Source: a virus. Taken from it: 64,000 nt of DNA. The notes beneath the pieces are model-generated. The model ran no database searches and was not told the origin of the DNA. It saw nothing but the letters and a program-made list of their open reading frames with translations. Position 1 is the stretch's first letter. Each line of letters starts with the position of its first letter. The stretch is taken from the UHGV virus genome UHGV-0375936, one strand, 5' to 3'. Shown here piece after piece: positions 45,798 through 54,631 of the stretch. The translations under genes and the position numbers were made by a program.

Positions 45798-46352
45798 TTA
45801 AGCAGGGCAAGCTAAGAACAACAACTGCTGACCGATTTTACGTACGGTATACCAACCGTGGGCTTTAGCGACCGCGATCAACGTTTCCCAGTCATCAACA
45901 TCACATTGCTCGTTCCGAAGTTTTGTAAAGAGTGCTTCGGCTTCGTCTTGGTTTAATAACTTACCTGGATTATCAGGGGTGGTGCCAGAAGGGGTTGGAA
46001 AGAAATCGTATTGACGCGCTAAGAGAAAATCAACCAGATACTTGGTGTTCTCTTTATAAACCAGTGTGGAAGTCTTCCCTTCGTGGAAGAAGCTGCCTGT
46101 TTTCCAAACGCTATCTTTCAGTAAGCTCTGAAGGTAATCTGTAAAGCCCGTTCTAAATGGGATATGCGTTTTACGCGTGATGTTGCGACGCAGCGGGGTT
46201 TCCTCCACAGCTTGTACACTCACCCCTACTATCATCGCACCTGGCTGAATAATGGTATTGGTCAGTACGGTATAGGGACAGTTAAAGAAATGTTCACCTA
46301 CACCTTTTTCAAGGGATTGGATAATTTCATTTTTCAGTTTAGTCAGATACAT
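45798..46352 (-). CDS. Paralog-family protein 2 (184 aa), shared C-terminal module
   Basis: C-terminus FFPTPSGTT...LL...AKAHGWYTVRKIGQQLLFLA; 3' DNA similar to that of 44615-45766. Confidence 0.6.
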   Translation of the reverse strand: MYLTKLKNEIIQSLEKGVGEHFFNCPYTVLTNTIIQPGAMIVGVSVQAVEETPLRRNITRKTHIPFRTGFTDYLQSLLKDSVWKTGSFFHEGKTSTLVYKENTKYLVDFLLARQYDFFPTPSGTTPDNPGKLLNQDEAEALFTKLRNEQCDVDDWETLIAVAKAHGWYTVRKIGQQLLFLACPA

Positions 46353-46378
46353 GATATATTCTCCTTTTAGGTTTTTAC

Positions 46379-47113
46379 TTACGCGGTTTTAATTAGCAGC
46401 AGATAGCCCTTCGTAATCTCAGCACAACTCCACCCTTTTACGGCAGCGACACCACGAAGGTAATTTTCTGTGTGATACTGTAAAAACGGATCGTCTGGAT
46501 TAATCTCAACTAGGTGAGTGGCTTTAGAAATCGTTTCCGCCTCTGGGATTTGTTTTGTTAAGCCTGATGCAATCAGTTCAATAACGCGGTATCCCTCTAA
46601 CCAAGAAACATAGATACGTAAACCGTATAACTTACCGTTATCTTTTAAGGGATAAAGACTGATGTCCCGGCCGAGCAACGTTAATTCTACATCAGTGGGA
46701 AGGTTTTCTACATGCTTGATTAACCCTACCCCATGTCTAAACAGTGGGAAGTAAGAGTATAGCGTCAGCATACTGCTTCCTCCAATAAACGTAACATCGG
46801 AAACGGTAGGCGTGCTGGCAATGAGGCGAACATGTTCCGCTACGACTTCAAGTTCGGCGTCACTGATCAATTTATAGAATAAAATGACGCTGGTTTCGGT
46901 ATTAAGAACAAAGAAGAACCGGTTGGCGTGACTGCTTATCGTGTATTCGTCAACCATGCTGTCGATAACGTCACTGTCTGGATAATCTTCGGGTTTAATT
47001 GTTTCAGCAGAGACTAACTTAGCAGGTTGGGATTGCCCTATTAGTTCATTAACCACCGTAGAAGAAAGTTCTAAACTGGTGTTAGTAAAGATATCGTCTA
47101 ATAATTCTCTCAT
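46379..47113 (-). CDS. Paralog-family protein 1 (244 aa), divergent member
   Basis: C-terminus GVAAVKGWSCAEITKGYLLLIKTA; LKD..G segment as in other members. Confidence 0.5.
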   Translation of the reverse strand: MRELLDDIFTNTSLELSSTVVNELIGQSQPAKLVSAETIKPEDYPDSDVIDSMVDEYTISSHANRFFFVLNTETSVILFYKLISDAELEVVAEHVRLIASTPTVSDVTFIGGSSMLTLYSYFPLFRHGVGLIKHVENLPTDVELTLLGRDISLYPLKDNGKLYGLRIYVSWLEGYRVIELIASGLTKQIPEAETISKATHLVEINPDDPFLQYHTENYLRGVAAVKGWSCAEITKGYLLLIKTA

Positions 47114-47453
47114 GATTTACTCGCTAATCTCAATAAAGGGGAGTCTATTATTATGGATTGTAAAAGAGGTATAAGGAAGTCACTACGTTCCTCTGGGAAG
47201 AGTATGTCGGTATACTACGTATACCTCCGCTATTTATATCCGTATACATAATGCCCCCTACCCCCTACCGGTATCCCGAGTAGCAGAATAAAGGGACATA
47301 ATGTAATTTTTAGTACCTGTTATCGGAAGGTACTAAATGGAGTGTAGTCTTTAAGCCGTTTGAGCAGCTCATTGAGACTTTCTTTCTTTTTAGTAGACAT
47401 GATCTGTCTCTCCAAATGGTTTAATCAATCCGTTTCGAATGAAACGTGCTCGT

Positions 47454-47508
47454 AGGGACTGAACTGGTACTTCAGTCCCTATTCACTTAAGTAAAATATA
47501 TCTGAAAT
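47454..47508 (-). promoter_or_regulatory. Conserved 25-nt motif plus leader hairpin (copy 2); candidate promoter
   Basis: Minus-sense ATTTCAGATATATTTTACTTAAGTG followed by AGGGACTGAA...TTCAGTCCCT hairpin; 23 of 25 nt identical to copy at 43101-43125. Confidence 0.35.
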
Positions 47509-47533
47509 CAATTCCGATCTAAGGAACGTCCCG

Positions 47534-48499
47534 ATGGAGAAATCCAGTGTTGATTTTTTCTCAATTGGTATCGTCGCGGAAGACAAACCCCGTGGTACAG
47601 ATCGGGTAAAAGTGATACCAATTGAAACCAACTTTGCTAACCCTACCGTGGTGCAATCTGTTTCTTCAGCAACTGAAAAGACGCATGAAACGTCCGGTGC
47701 AACAGATAACCTAACCATTAAGACGGGTAACACGATAACCGCAAAGTGGTGGAAGTTTAACTCCAACCGAATTAATTCCCCTGACGTTAAACGAGAAGAC
47801 TACGTTATCTTGTTGCGTTTGGGGAAAACCGATATTTATTTTTGGATTGATCTGAACTTCGCTAACGTTAAGCGATTAGAAGATGCGGTTTATGCGTGGT
47901 CGGCTGACCCTGAAAACCAAATGGCGGATGACTTGTCCAATGCGTATGTGTTGAACGTTTCGACGATTGACAAACATATCACGCTAAGAACGAGTATGGT
48001 GAATGGCGAGAAAGCGGCGTGGTTGTTTCAGTTTGATAATGCAAACGGTACGTGGCAGTGCGTTGACCATAAAGGAAACAAGTATTACATTAACTCGGTT
48101 GAAGATGATCTCGGGTTTGAGAATGCGATGCTTTCAAAAGTGAACATCAACAAAGAAGATGCGTTCATTTATTCAAAGCGTTCTATTAACCTGGAAACGA
48201 AAACGATTAATGAAAAATGTGAAGTCCGCAATACGGAAGCAGCGAATTCCGTTACGTTTAAAACACAAACCTGGTTAACAGAAGCGGGCAGTTCGACAAC
48301 GTTTAAAACGCCGAACTTTAAACAAGAAGGGAAGGAAGCGATGTTCACCGGTAATTTGGAAATCGCTAAGAACTTCAAATACGGTGGTACGGGTGAAGGC
48401 GTGGGTGTCTTTACGGTTAAAGATGCCATTATTTCCGGTATTACCTTTAGCGTTCACATTCACCAAGGTAAACATGGCCCGACATCACCTCCACAGTAA
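47534..48499 (+). CDS. Hypothetical structural protein (321 aa) with His-rich C-terminus
   Basis: First gene of plus-strand late block; C-terminus SVHIHQGKHGPTSPPQ; function not established. Confidence 0.55.
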   Translation: MEKSSVDFFSIGIVAEDKPRGTDRVKVIPIETNFANPTVVQSVSSATEKTHETSGATDNLTIKTGNTITAKWWKFNSNRINSPDVKREDYVILLRLGKTDIYFWIDLNFANVKRLEDAVYAWSADPENQMADDLSNAYVLNVSTIDKHITLRTSMVNGEKAAWLFQFDNANGTWQCVDHKGNKYYINSVEDDLGFENAMLSKVNINKEDAFIYSKRSINLETKTINEKCEVRNTEAANSVTFKTQTWLTEAGSSTTFKTPNFKQEGKEAMFTGNLEIAKNFKYGGTGEGVGVFTVKDAIISGITFSVHIHQGKHGPTSPPQ

Positions 48500-48706
48500 T
48501 TCCCCTTTTTCTTACGTTGTTTTTATATATTGTGACCTGACGTTGGTAAAACTTTTTATCAACACTTTTCTTAAACCCATCGTTTAGTTAAGCAGGCCAC
48601 TTTTTTTCGCGCACTCTACTCCTCCCTACGGGGAGGAGCTATCTTATGCTTCGGTTGTAACACACGTCGGTCTTAGACCACTAACCTTTTGAAATGGAGA
48701 GCTGTT

Positions 48707-48916
48707 ATGTCTATTAAAGAGTTCTCTTCTGCTGAGCATATTCCAGAAGAGTTTAAGAAAATCGGTAACGTTAGCGCTTTCGGCGATACCGTTGATCATG
48801 TAACTGGTAAACTGGCTGCTGAAGCTGAAAAAATTGGCGGCGACGCATTCAAAGTTATCGGTATTTCCGGCAACAACAAACTGCACGGTAACGCGATTGT
48901 CTACAAAAAAGACTAA
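48707..48916 (+). CDS. DUF1471 (YdgH/BhsA/McbA-like) small protein without signal peptide; probable host-derived moron
   Basis: ATG at 48707 preceded by GGAGAG; mature-domain-like sequence KIGNVSA...GDAFKVIGISGNNKLHGNAIVYKK; codon usage (CTG, GGT, AAA) resembles enterobacterial highly expressed genes. Confidence 0.55.
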   Translation: MSIKEFSSAEHIPEEFKKIGNVSAFGDTVDHVTGKLAAEAEKIGGDAFKVIGISGNNKLHGNAIVYKKD

Positions 48917-48920
48917 GCGA

Positions 48921-48977
48921 AAAAAAAAACGTGCTACTCCTACCCTCTAAGAGGGTAGGAGGTTACTTTATTTTTTT
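48921..48977. terminator. Bidirectional rho-independent terminator
   Basis: CTCCTACCCTC-taa-GAGGGTAGGAG hairpin with A10 upstream and T7 downstream. Confidence 0.7.
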
Positions 48978-50230
48978 CGTGCTCTAAAGCGATGCATTTC
49001 TAAATACACTTTTTCCCAGGGACCGAATGGACCGACGATTGCTTGCGCGTCGTTAATCTTCTTCTGATTATACCACCGGGCTTCACGAAAGACGTAGTTT
49101 TGACTGTCGAACTCTGTGGTGTTAAATACCCACTCACCCTCCTCCCATGTAGGCCAATAGCCCACCGTCTTTCCGAAGCGGTTGTTTAAGTACCCTAACG
49201 GTTTTTCAGAATCAGGATCGTTAGGGTCCTTGAGATAACAACGTCCCCAAACTGCGTTATGCGATACACCCACAACCTCTTCTTCTAAATACGGATTATC
49301 TACCGTAAAGATAAACGAAGACTCGTGGAGTAAAAGCGCCTTTAATGTTTCGGGGTTGCGAATACGTTGGACATTAGTAGGTGTTGATAAATCCCCCACA
49401 CCGATGGCGTCCCAGTCGTAATAGCGACGGGTTTCCAGAACGGTCCGCGCAAGATCAAAATTCGGTAAAGAAATCATGATCGCACGGTCGGAGAAATAAC
49501 CGCCCGGAGGCAACCAACGTAACAGTCCACCGATGACGAAACCCACCGTTTTTCCCGTAATAGATTCGGGTAGCGAAATCATTAACGTGGAGTAATAGTC
49601 ACGTGTGGTGTCGAGCTTGTTTAGGGTAAGGTTGGCAATGGGGTAAGTTTTAACATTCCCTAACTGACCAAAAACCATACAGCCGATATCTGGCGTACAG
49701 GCCCTTCGTACAATTTTACCGGCCCCGGGTAATCGGACACCTACGGTATCTGTCTGATGCGCTACCCATTGACCGTTAATGTTGTACAGTACACTATTAC
49801 GGTATTTGTCCTTCCACTTGTCCTCACAAACGATGACAACGTCATCAGCATCATCTAAGCTGAAATCTTGACTGTGGTGGTACCCCGGCGGACACAGGTA
49901 CGTTTCAACGGGCACGTCAGCATTAATCGATTGGTAATGTGCCCAACTGAATTCGAGTTTCGGCAATCCGGCCTTTAGAGTGGGGATGACGTTTCCGGCT
50001 TTTTCATTTAACCAATCTTGTAAAGTGTCTGTTCGGTTTTGTAGTTCGGCAAGATGGTATTGGCTGACTAACGTATAGTCTTTACCAAGTGCACTTAAAC
50101 CGATCTCAAAGGTGTGGTAGTCTGAACACAACGTATTTAAGGGTTGCGTGACATCGATGGCTCCCCAGGTACGGGACTCTCGAGAGAAGCCAAAAGCGCT
50201 GTCGGGCCGCACTTGATAAGCAGTAGTCAC
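48968..50230 (-). CDS. Hypothetical protein (420 aa), minus-strand gene within late block
   Basis: Long ORF convergent with DUF1471 gene. Confidence 0.6.
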   Translation of the reverse strand: MTTAYQVRPDSAFGFSRESRTWGAIDVTQPLNTLCSDYHTFEIGLSALGKDYTLVSQYHLAELQNRTDTLQDWLNEKAGNVIPTLKAGLPKLEFSWAHYQSINADVPVETYLCPPGYHHSQDFSLDDADDVVIVCEDKWKDKYRNSVLYNINGQWVAHQTDTVGVRLPGAGKIVRRACTPDIGCMVFGQLGNVKTYPIANLTLNKLDTTRDYYSTLMISLPESITGKTVGFVIGGLLRWLPPGGYFSDRAIMISLPNFDLARTVLETRRYYDWDAIGVGDLSTPTNVQRIRNPETLKALLLHESSFIFTVDNPYLEEEVVGVSHNAVWGRCYLKDPNDPDSEKPLGYLNNRFGKTVGYWPTWEEGEWVFNTTEFDSQNYVFREARWYNQKKINDAQAIVGPFGPWEKVYLEMHRFRARKK

Positions 50231-50298
50231 AGCTCTTTTCCTCTATAGATTCAAGTCATAGTATGAACTTCGACGCCCACGGACTATAGGAGTAGAGA

Positions 50299-53200
50299 AT
50301 GGCTGTCGTCCTAGACCCACACTTCAAAAAACCGGGGAATAAAATAACCGGTGAAGCGGTCGCCGTCATTGGTACGAAATACCGAATGTTGGTACCTGCC
50401 CACGCCCCTTTTTTCACCACATCCCTGGTGGTCAAGAGCGGCGGCAAAACACTGACCTTAGGCGACGATTACATTATTACACACCCGTACGAGACCGGTA
50501 TGTTGCGCACAGCCTATCTCATTCACGGGATGATTTGGATTGTTAATGACAAATACAAATCGAATTTTACGGTAGATTACCACGCCGTTGGTTGTGGTCA
50601 GGCTACCCAACAACAGATTACCGCAGAACGCGAACTCAATAAAGATAAATACCCGACTACGTGTCAGTGGGACACCGTCATCGGGGACGTTTACTTTCCG
50701 CCGGTCGATATCCAGTTCGATTGGGAGAATTGGAAAGGTGAACTGGAATTAATGCAGGCTATTGCTGGATTAGGCGATTCGTTAGGGGAAGTCGTGAGTC
50801 GACTTAACCCCATCGCACGCAATACCCTGGATTTAGAATACCGTGCTAACAGCAAGGTTATCACTTCCGAGCAGTATGCCGCATACGACAATAAAGGTGG
50901 GTTCACCTACAACACTACCCGTCATCGTTATAGCTTGAGTTATAAAACTGCAACCTTTAACGACTACGCCCTGTCAGTGAAACATAGAATTCCTGCTATT
51001 CTGCCAGACATGACGAAATTGAATCCAAACGAACAGATCGATTGGATGCTCTGTTATGCTAACGGCGGGGCAAGTATTCTACGGCTGCAGCTAAAACAGC
51101 GCAAAATCTCACTGGTCTTAACGGTCGCTATTGGTAGCGGTTCAACAAACTACGATTATACGTTAATCAACGGTTTAACTGACGATGAGTTAAAAAACGA
51201 TATCGATTTTAGTGTAACCCGTCAACCCGGAAACGGTGTTTACGTCATCGTAGTAAAAACAAATAAACAGACCATGGATTACACATTCAACGTCGATACG
51301 CCGCCTGATGAGTTCTCGGCAGGGTATTCGAAAACGGATGTTGCTAAATGGTTGAAGTCTAAAACGAACATTAACCTGAACTGGTATGCTGGACAAAAAG
51401 ATTATGTTCAAATTCGTTCTTTACCCGGCGCACCAGAACCTGACGTCGACAACGATGTTTACCAGTTAATAGTTAAATACCATCAATTAGTTGAGCAGCT
51501 GTATCGTAACGCGCCTGCACACGAACACGTTACACGTAAGGACAACCCGCACACCGATACGTGGGGCCCGATCCGTGCGTTACAGCTGAATGGTATTGCG
51601 TCGGATGCCGCGTTAGCTTACGGGAAAACGAAACAACAGTTAACGGATTATGTTAATGCTAAGTACCCAACACAAGCAACGTTAACCGCACAGAAAAAAC
51701 TGCTTCGTGAATCGGCGAACAAGAACGTTAACGGCACGATTACCACACTTCCGGGTTTTACTTCGTTCACGACGGAAGTTGATCCGGTTTCGATGTCGAA
51801 ATACGTGAGTCCTAGTTTTAGCGAAAGCTACGTTAGTAATGGTCACAGGTATCACGGTGCGCTTCGTTACACAGGAACGAAAAGCGGTTTCAGTGCTAAC
51901 TTTAATGCGGTGCCTGCCAACCTGCAAGATATTGACTTTATTGTTACCGGACGTAAAACAGCGTCTGGTAACGAAGCTGTCGGTGCAGTTGGTTTGCGTT
52001 TCTACGAAAACCCCGGTAGTAACTCCGGTAAGTTTGTAGAGATTAACGGACAAATCTGGGCTGGTACCCTTACTATCAGTCTGACATTGAACGGTTACGG
52101 GAGTCCGTTACCGTCGGTGCGTTATATTTCTCAAGCCCCTAATCCGGCAATACCGGATGGAGATTTTACGCTACGTTTTCAACTGAAGCGTACAGGGAAC
52201 GTGTTTGACGTCGTTATTACCGTAAACGGTAAAACGTATAGCGCCCGGATTAACTTCAATAACATGGACGCTGCGTTAGAAGCATTAGAGAATCAGCACC
52301 ACTTTAAATCGCTGATCAATAATGTTGCCGATGGCGTCAAAATTAGTTCGCAAAACAAAGGTAACACGGTTACCATTAAGAAAGCACCGGATGTCGTTGA
52401 CGGAACTCGTTTAGGTGCCCAGTTTGTCGTTGATCCGAAATCCATTAAGTTTATTGGCCAAGGTTCAACTGATGTTAACGTAGGAAATAACCCCGTAACG
52501 TTCCAAGCAGGTACTAACCAGCTTATGTTGTATCCTGACGATCGTGGGTTACAGTGGCGTGGTAAAAAACTCTTAGACCCTACCACCGTGGCCCCGTATC
52601 TGCCAGGTAATACCGCAGGTGGTACCGGTTTATTCTACGCAAGCTCGACAACAACAGTTACGATCACTGGTAGCGGGATAAAAGCTTCGCCGTTCGTAGC
52701 GACCTTTATTCTCCCTACCGCGACCGATACAACGGCTCTGGCAGCTTGGCAGTTGACCGATGAGTTCGGTACTGCTGAAAACCTTGCAGCAACGCCAGCA
52801 CTGATTGAAAAACTGGATGCGGAGTTCACCGGTAAGTTAGTTGCAGTTAAATCGTACATTAACGACATGCAGCTTACCAGCTCGGTTACTATCGATAAGA
52901 TTACCTTCGGTTTAGGTAATGTTGCGAATACGCCCGATGTCAATTTACCGATTTCTACAGCACAGCGTGCGGAGTTAGATAAATACTCGCCTAAGGTTCA
53001 CCAACACCCGTTTACCGCTTTTGGTACCGGGAACGCAACCACAGCGAAACGCGGTCTGATTAAATTTGGTCTGGATGTGGATGATGCGACTTTAGCACTC
53101 GATGGGAGTGTGGTAATGGCGCAGACTTCCCAGATTGAAAAATTGGAGAGTGCTGTCGGCGGCGTTGACTCGGAGGCACGTCTTGATATCATACGTTTTG

Positions 53201-54621
53201 GTGAGTCTGGTAACGACTTAATAGACGTTACGGTCAAAGACAAAATTCTGGTCACGCTTCCAGCTTCAACGTATTTTATCGGTGGCGAAACGTACACCGT
53301 ACCGTTGATGACGATTAACGTTAGTGAACGTTTTCCGAAATTGAATACAGAGATCTACGCGGGGATTTTTGTTGATATTGTTGATAACAAAGCGAAGTAT
53401 ATTATCCACGACAGCTACAGTCAGGCCGAAACGGATACCATGACGCGTGTGGGGTTGATCGGCGTCAACGACCTTTCTGAGGTGTTCGTTACAGAGATGC
53501 GTAATGTCACACGGTTGGGTGATTTCCGTGAACTGAAAGATCATAAAGCCGATGACAACGCACACATTCAGCGCTCCGCATCACGTGCAGCGCTTGGGTT
53601 AGCTAACTTAACCGTAGGTGCGCCTTGCTGGGCTTCTGGACTCCAGGCAGTAGTACGCGGTGAAGCAGATTGGCGTTATGTTGCCGGTGGACAGTATAAA
53701 GCTTTAGACGGGGTGAAATACGACCAGCTCGCATCCAAGTGGATTTTTGACGCGAAAGGGGTAAGCGATAACCTACACGGGTTTATCCACAACATGTTCC
53801 CAGCTTTTAAGAACGCAGGAATGCGGGTAAGTTGGGAAACAGAAAGCAACGCAAAAACCGGCACGGTGTTAGAAACTGTTTTAGGTTGTTGGAAAAACAC
53901 CGACGGCGAGTTTATGCGGTTGTCGTTACTTATCACTCGTGGTTATCGTTTAACTGACAGCAACGGTGAGTATTGTTACGCAGGGTTCGGTTTGAACTTC
54001 GGTAGCGGGAAATCGGTAGTGTTAGGTTTCACACCAACGAAGCGTGTTACGCCTGCACCGTGGAATACGTTACAACCTGACGTAACGTTTACCCACACCC
54101 GTGCTGCAAATAACGCATTAACGTTTAACGCAACACTGACCTTAGCGGGCACTACGTATACCGTCGTGGTGTTTTTATCTGCGACAGATAAATACGTAAG
54201 CTGCACGGCAGCAGGGGGAGCTACGCAGAAAATCCCTCTAACTGACCGTTTAACAGGGTTCAACCTCGCACCTATCGTTAACGATCCGTATACCCCTATT
54301 TACTACGGTTTAGGGGGACTTTATGAGGATGAGGTTCGTGCCAACATCCGTTCTACGGCAGACAGCGCAACCGCGAATAAAGTCTACGGTACGTTGTTAG
54401 ACTATATTAGCAACTATTCCTCATTAAATCGTGTGCGCGTTATGGAATTGAGCGGTGTCAGTTCAGACCCCGAAACGCTTAATGCGTTAGTGGCAACTGA
54501 ATTTAATAACAACCTGGCGGATTACGCCGCGTTACCGATACCTTCTTATCTTAACAAGGAGCGCGTAATGTCGTTTATCGACACCAACAATAAAGTGCAG
54601 GCGGTAATCATTCGCGATTAA
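50299..54621 (+). CDS. Giant tail fiber protein A (1440 aa)
   Basis: Tail-fiber motif FGLGNVANTPDVNLPISTAQRAELD...HQH; ATTAKRGLIKF repeat; N-terminal module VPAHAPFF..LVV...LGDDYI shared with next two ORFs. Confidence 0.75.
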   Translation: MAVVLDPHFKKPGNKITGEAVAVIGTKYRMLVPAHAPFFTTSLVVKSGGKTLTLGDDYIITHPYETGMLRTAYLIHGMIWIVNDKYKSNFTVDYHAVGCGQATQQQITAERELNKDKYPTTCQWDTVIGDVYFPPVDIQFDWENWKGELELMQAIAGLGDSLGEVVSRLNPIARNTLDLEYRANSKVITSEQYAAYDNKGGFTYNTTRHRYSLSYKTATFNDYALSVKHRIPAILPDMTKLNPNEQIDWMLCYANGGASILRLQLKQRKISLVLTVAIGSGSTNYDYTLINGLTDDELKNDIDFSVTRQPGNGVYVIVVKTNKQTMDYTFNVDTPPDEFSAGYSKTDVAKWLKSKTNINLNWYAGQKDYVQIRSLPGAPEPDVDNDVYQLIVKYHQLVEQLYRNAPAHEHVTRKDNPHTDTWGPIRALQLNGIASDAALAYGKTKQQLTDYVNAKYPTQATLTAQKKLLRESANKNVNGTITTLPGFTSFTTEVDPVSMSKYVSPSFSESYVSNGHRYHGALRYTGTKSGFSANFNAVPANLQDIDFIVTGRKTASGNEAVGAVGLRFYENPGSNSGKFVEINGQIWAGTLTISLTLNGYGSPLPSVRYISQAPNPAIPDGDFTLRFQLKRTGNVFDVVITVNGKTYSARINFNNMDAALEALENQHHFKSLINNVADGVKISSQNKGNTVTIKKAPDVVDGTRLGAQFVVDPKSIKFIGQGSTDVNVGNNPVTFQAGTNQLMLYPDDRGLQWRGKKLLDPTTVAPYLPGNTAGGTGLFYASSTTTVTITGSGIKASPFVATFILPTATDTTALAAWQLTDEFGTAENLAATPALIEKLDAEFTGKLVAVKSYINDMQLTSSVTIDKITFGLGNVANTPDVNLPISTAQRAELDKYSPKVHQHPFTAFGTGNATTAKRGLIKFGLDVDDATLALDGSVVMAQTSQIEKLESAVGGVDSEARLDIIRFGESGNDLIDVTVKDKILVTLPASTYFIGGETYTVPLMTINVSERFPKLNTEIYAGIFVDIVDNKAKYIIHDSYSQAETDTMTRVGLIGVNDLSEVFVTEMRNVTRLGDFRELKDHKADDNAHIQRSASRAALGLANLTVGAPCWASGLQAVVRGEADWRYVAGGQYKALDGVKYDQLASKWIFDAKGVSDNLHGFIHNMFPAFKNAGMRVSWETESNAKTGTVLETVLGCWKNTDGEFMRLSLLITRGYRLTDSNGEYCYAGFGLNFGSGKSVVLGFTPTKRVTPAPWNTLQPDVTFTHTRAANNALTFNATLTLAGTTYTVVVFLSATDKYVSCTAAGGATQKIPLTDRLTGFNLAPIVNDPYTPIYYGLGGLYEDEVRANIRSTADSATANKVYGTLLDYISNYSSLNRVRVMELSGVSSDPETLNALVATEFNNNLADYAALPIPSYLNKERVMSFIDTNNKVQAVIIRD

Positions 54622-54631
54622 GGAGAATTTT

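Noticed and set aside
43774-47113. Diversity-generating retroelement as explanation for the variable paralog family
   Set aside because: No reverse transcriptase ORF and no template/variable repeat pair is present in the window.
48620-48642. Palindromic hairpin CTCCTCCC-tac-GGGAGGAG as a terminator
   Set aside because: No T-run follows it on either strand; more likely a leader structure or insertion-boundary scar for the DUF1471 moron, so it is not called as a terminator.
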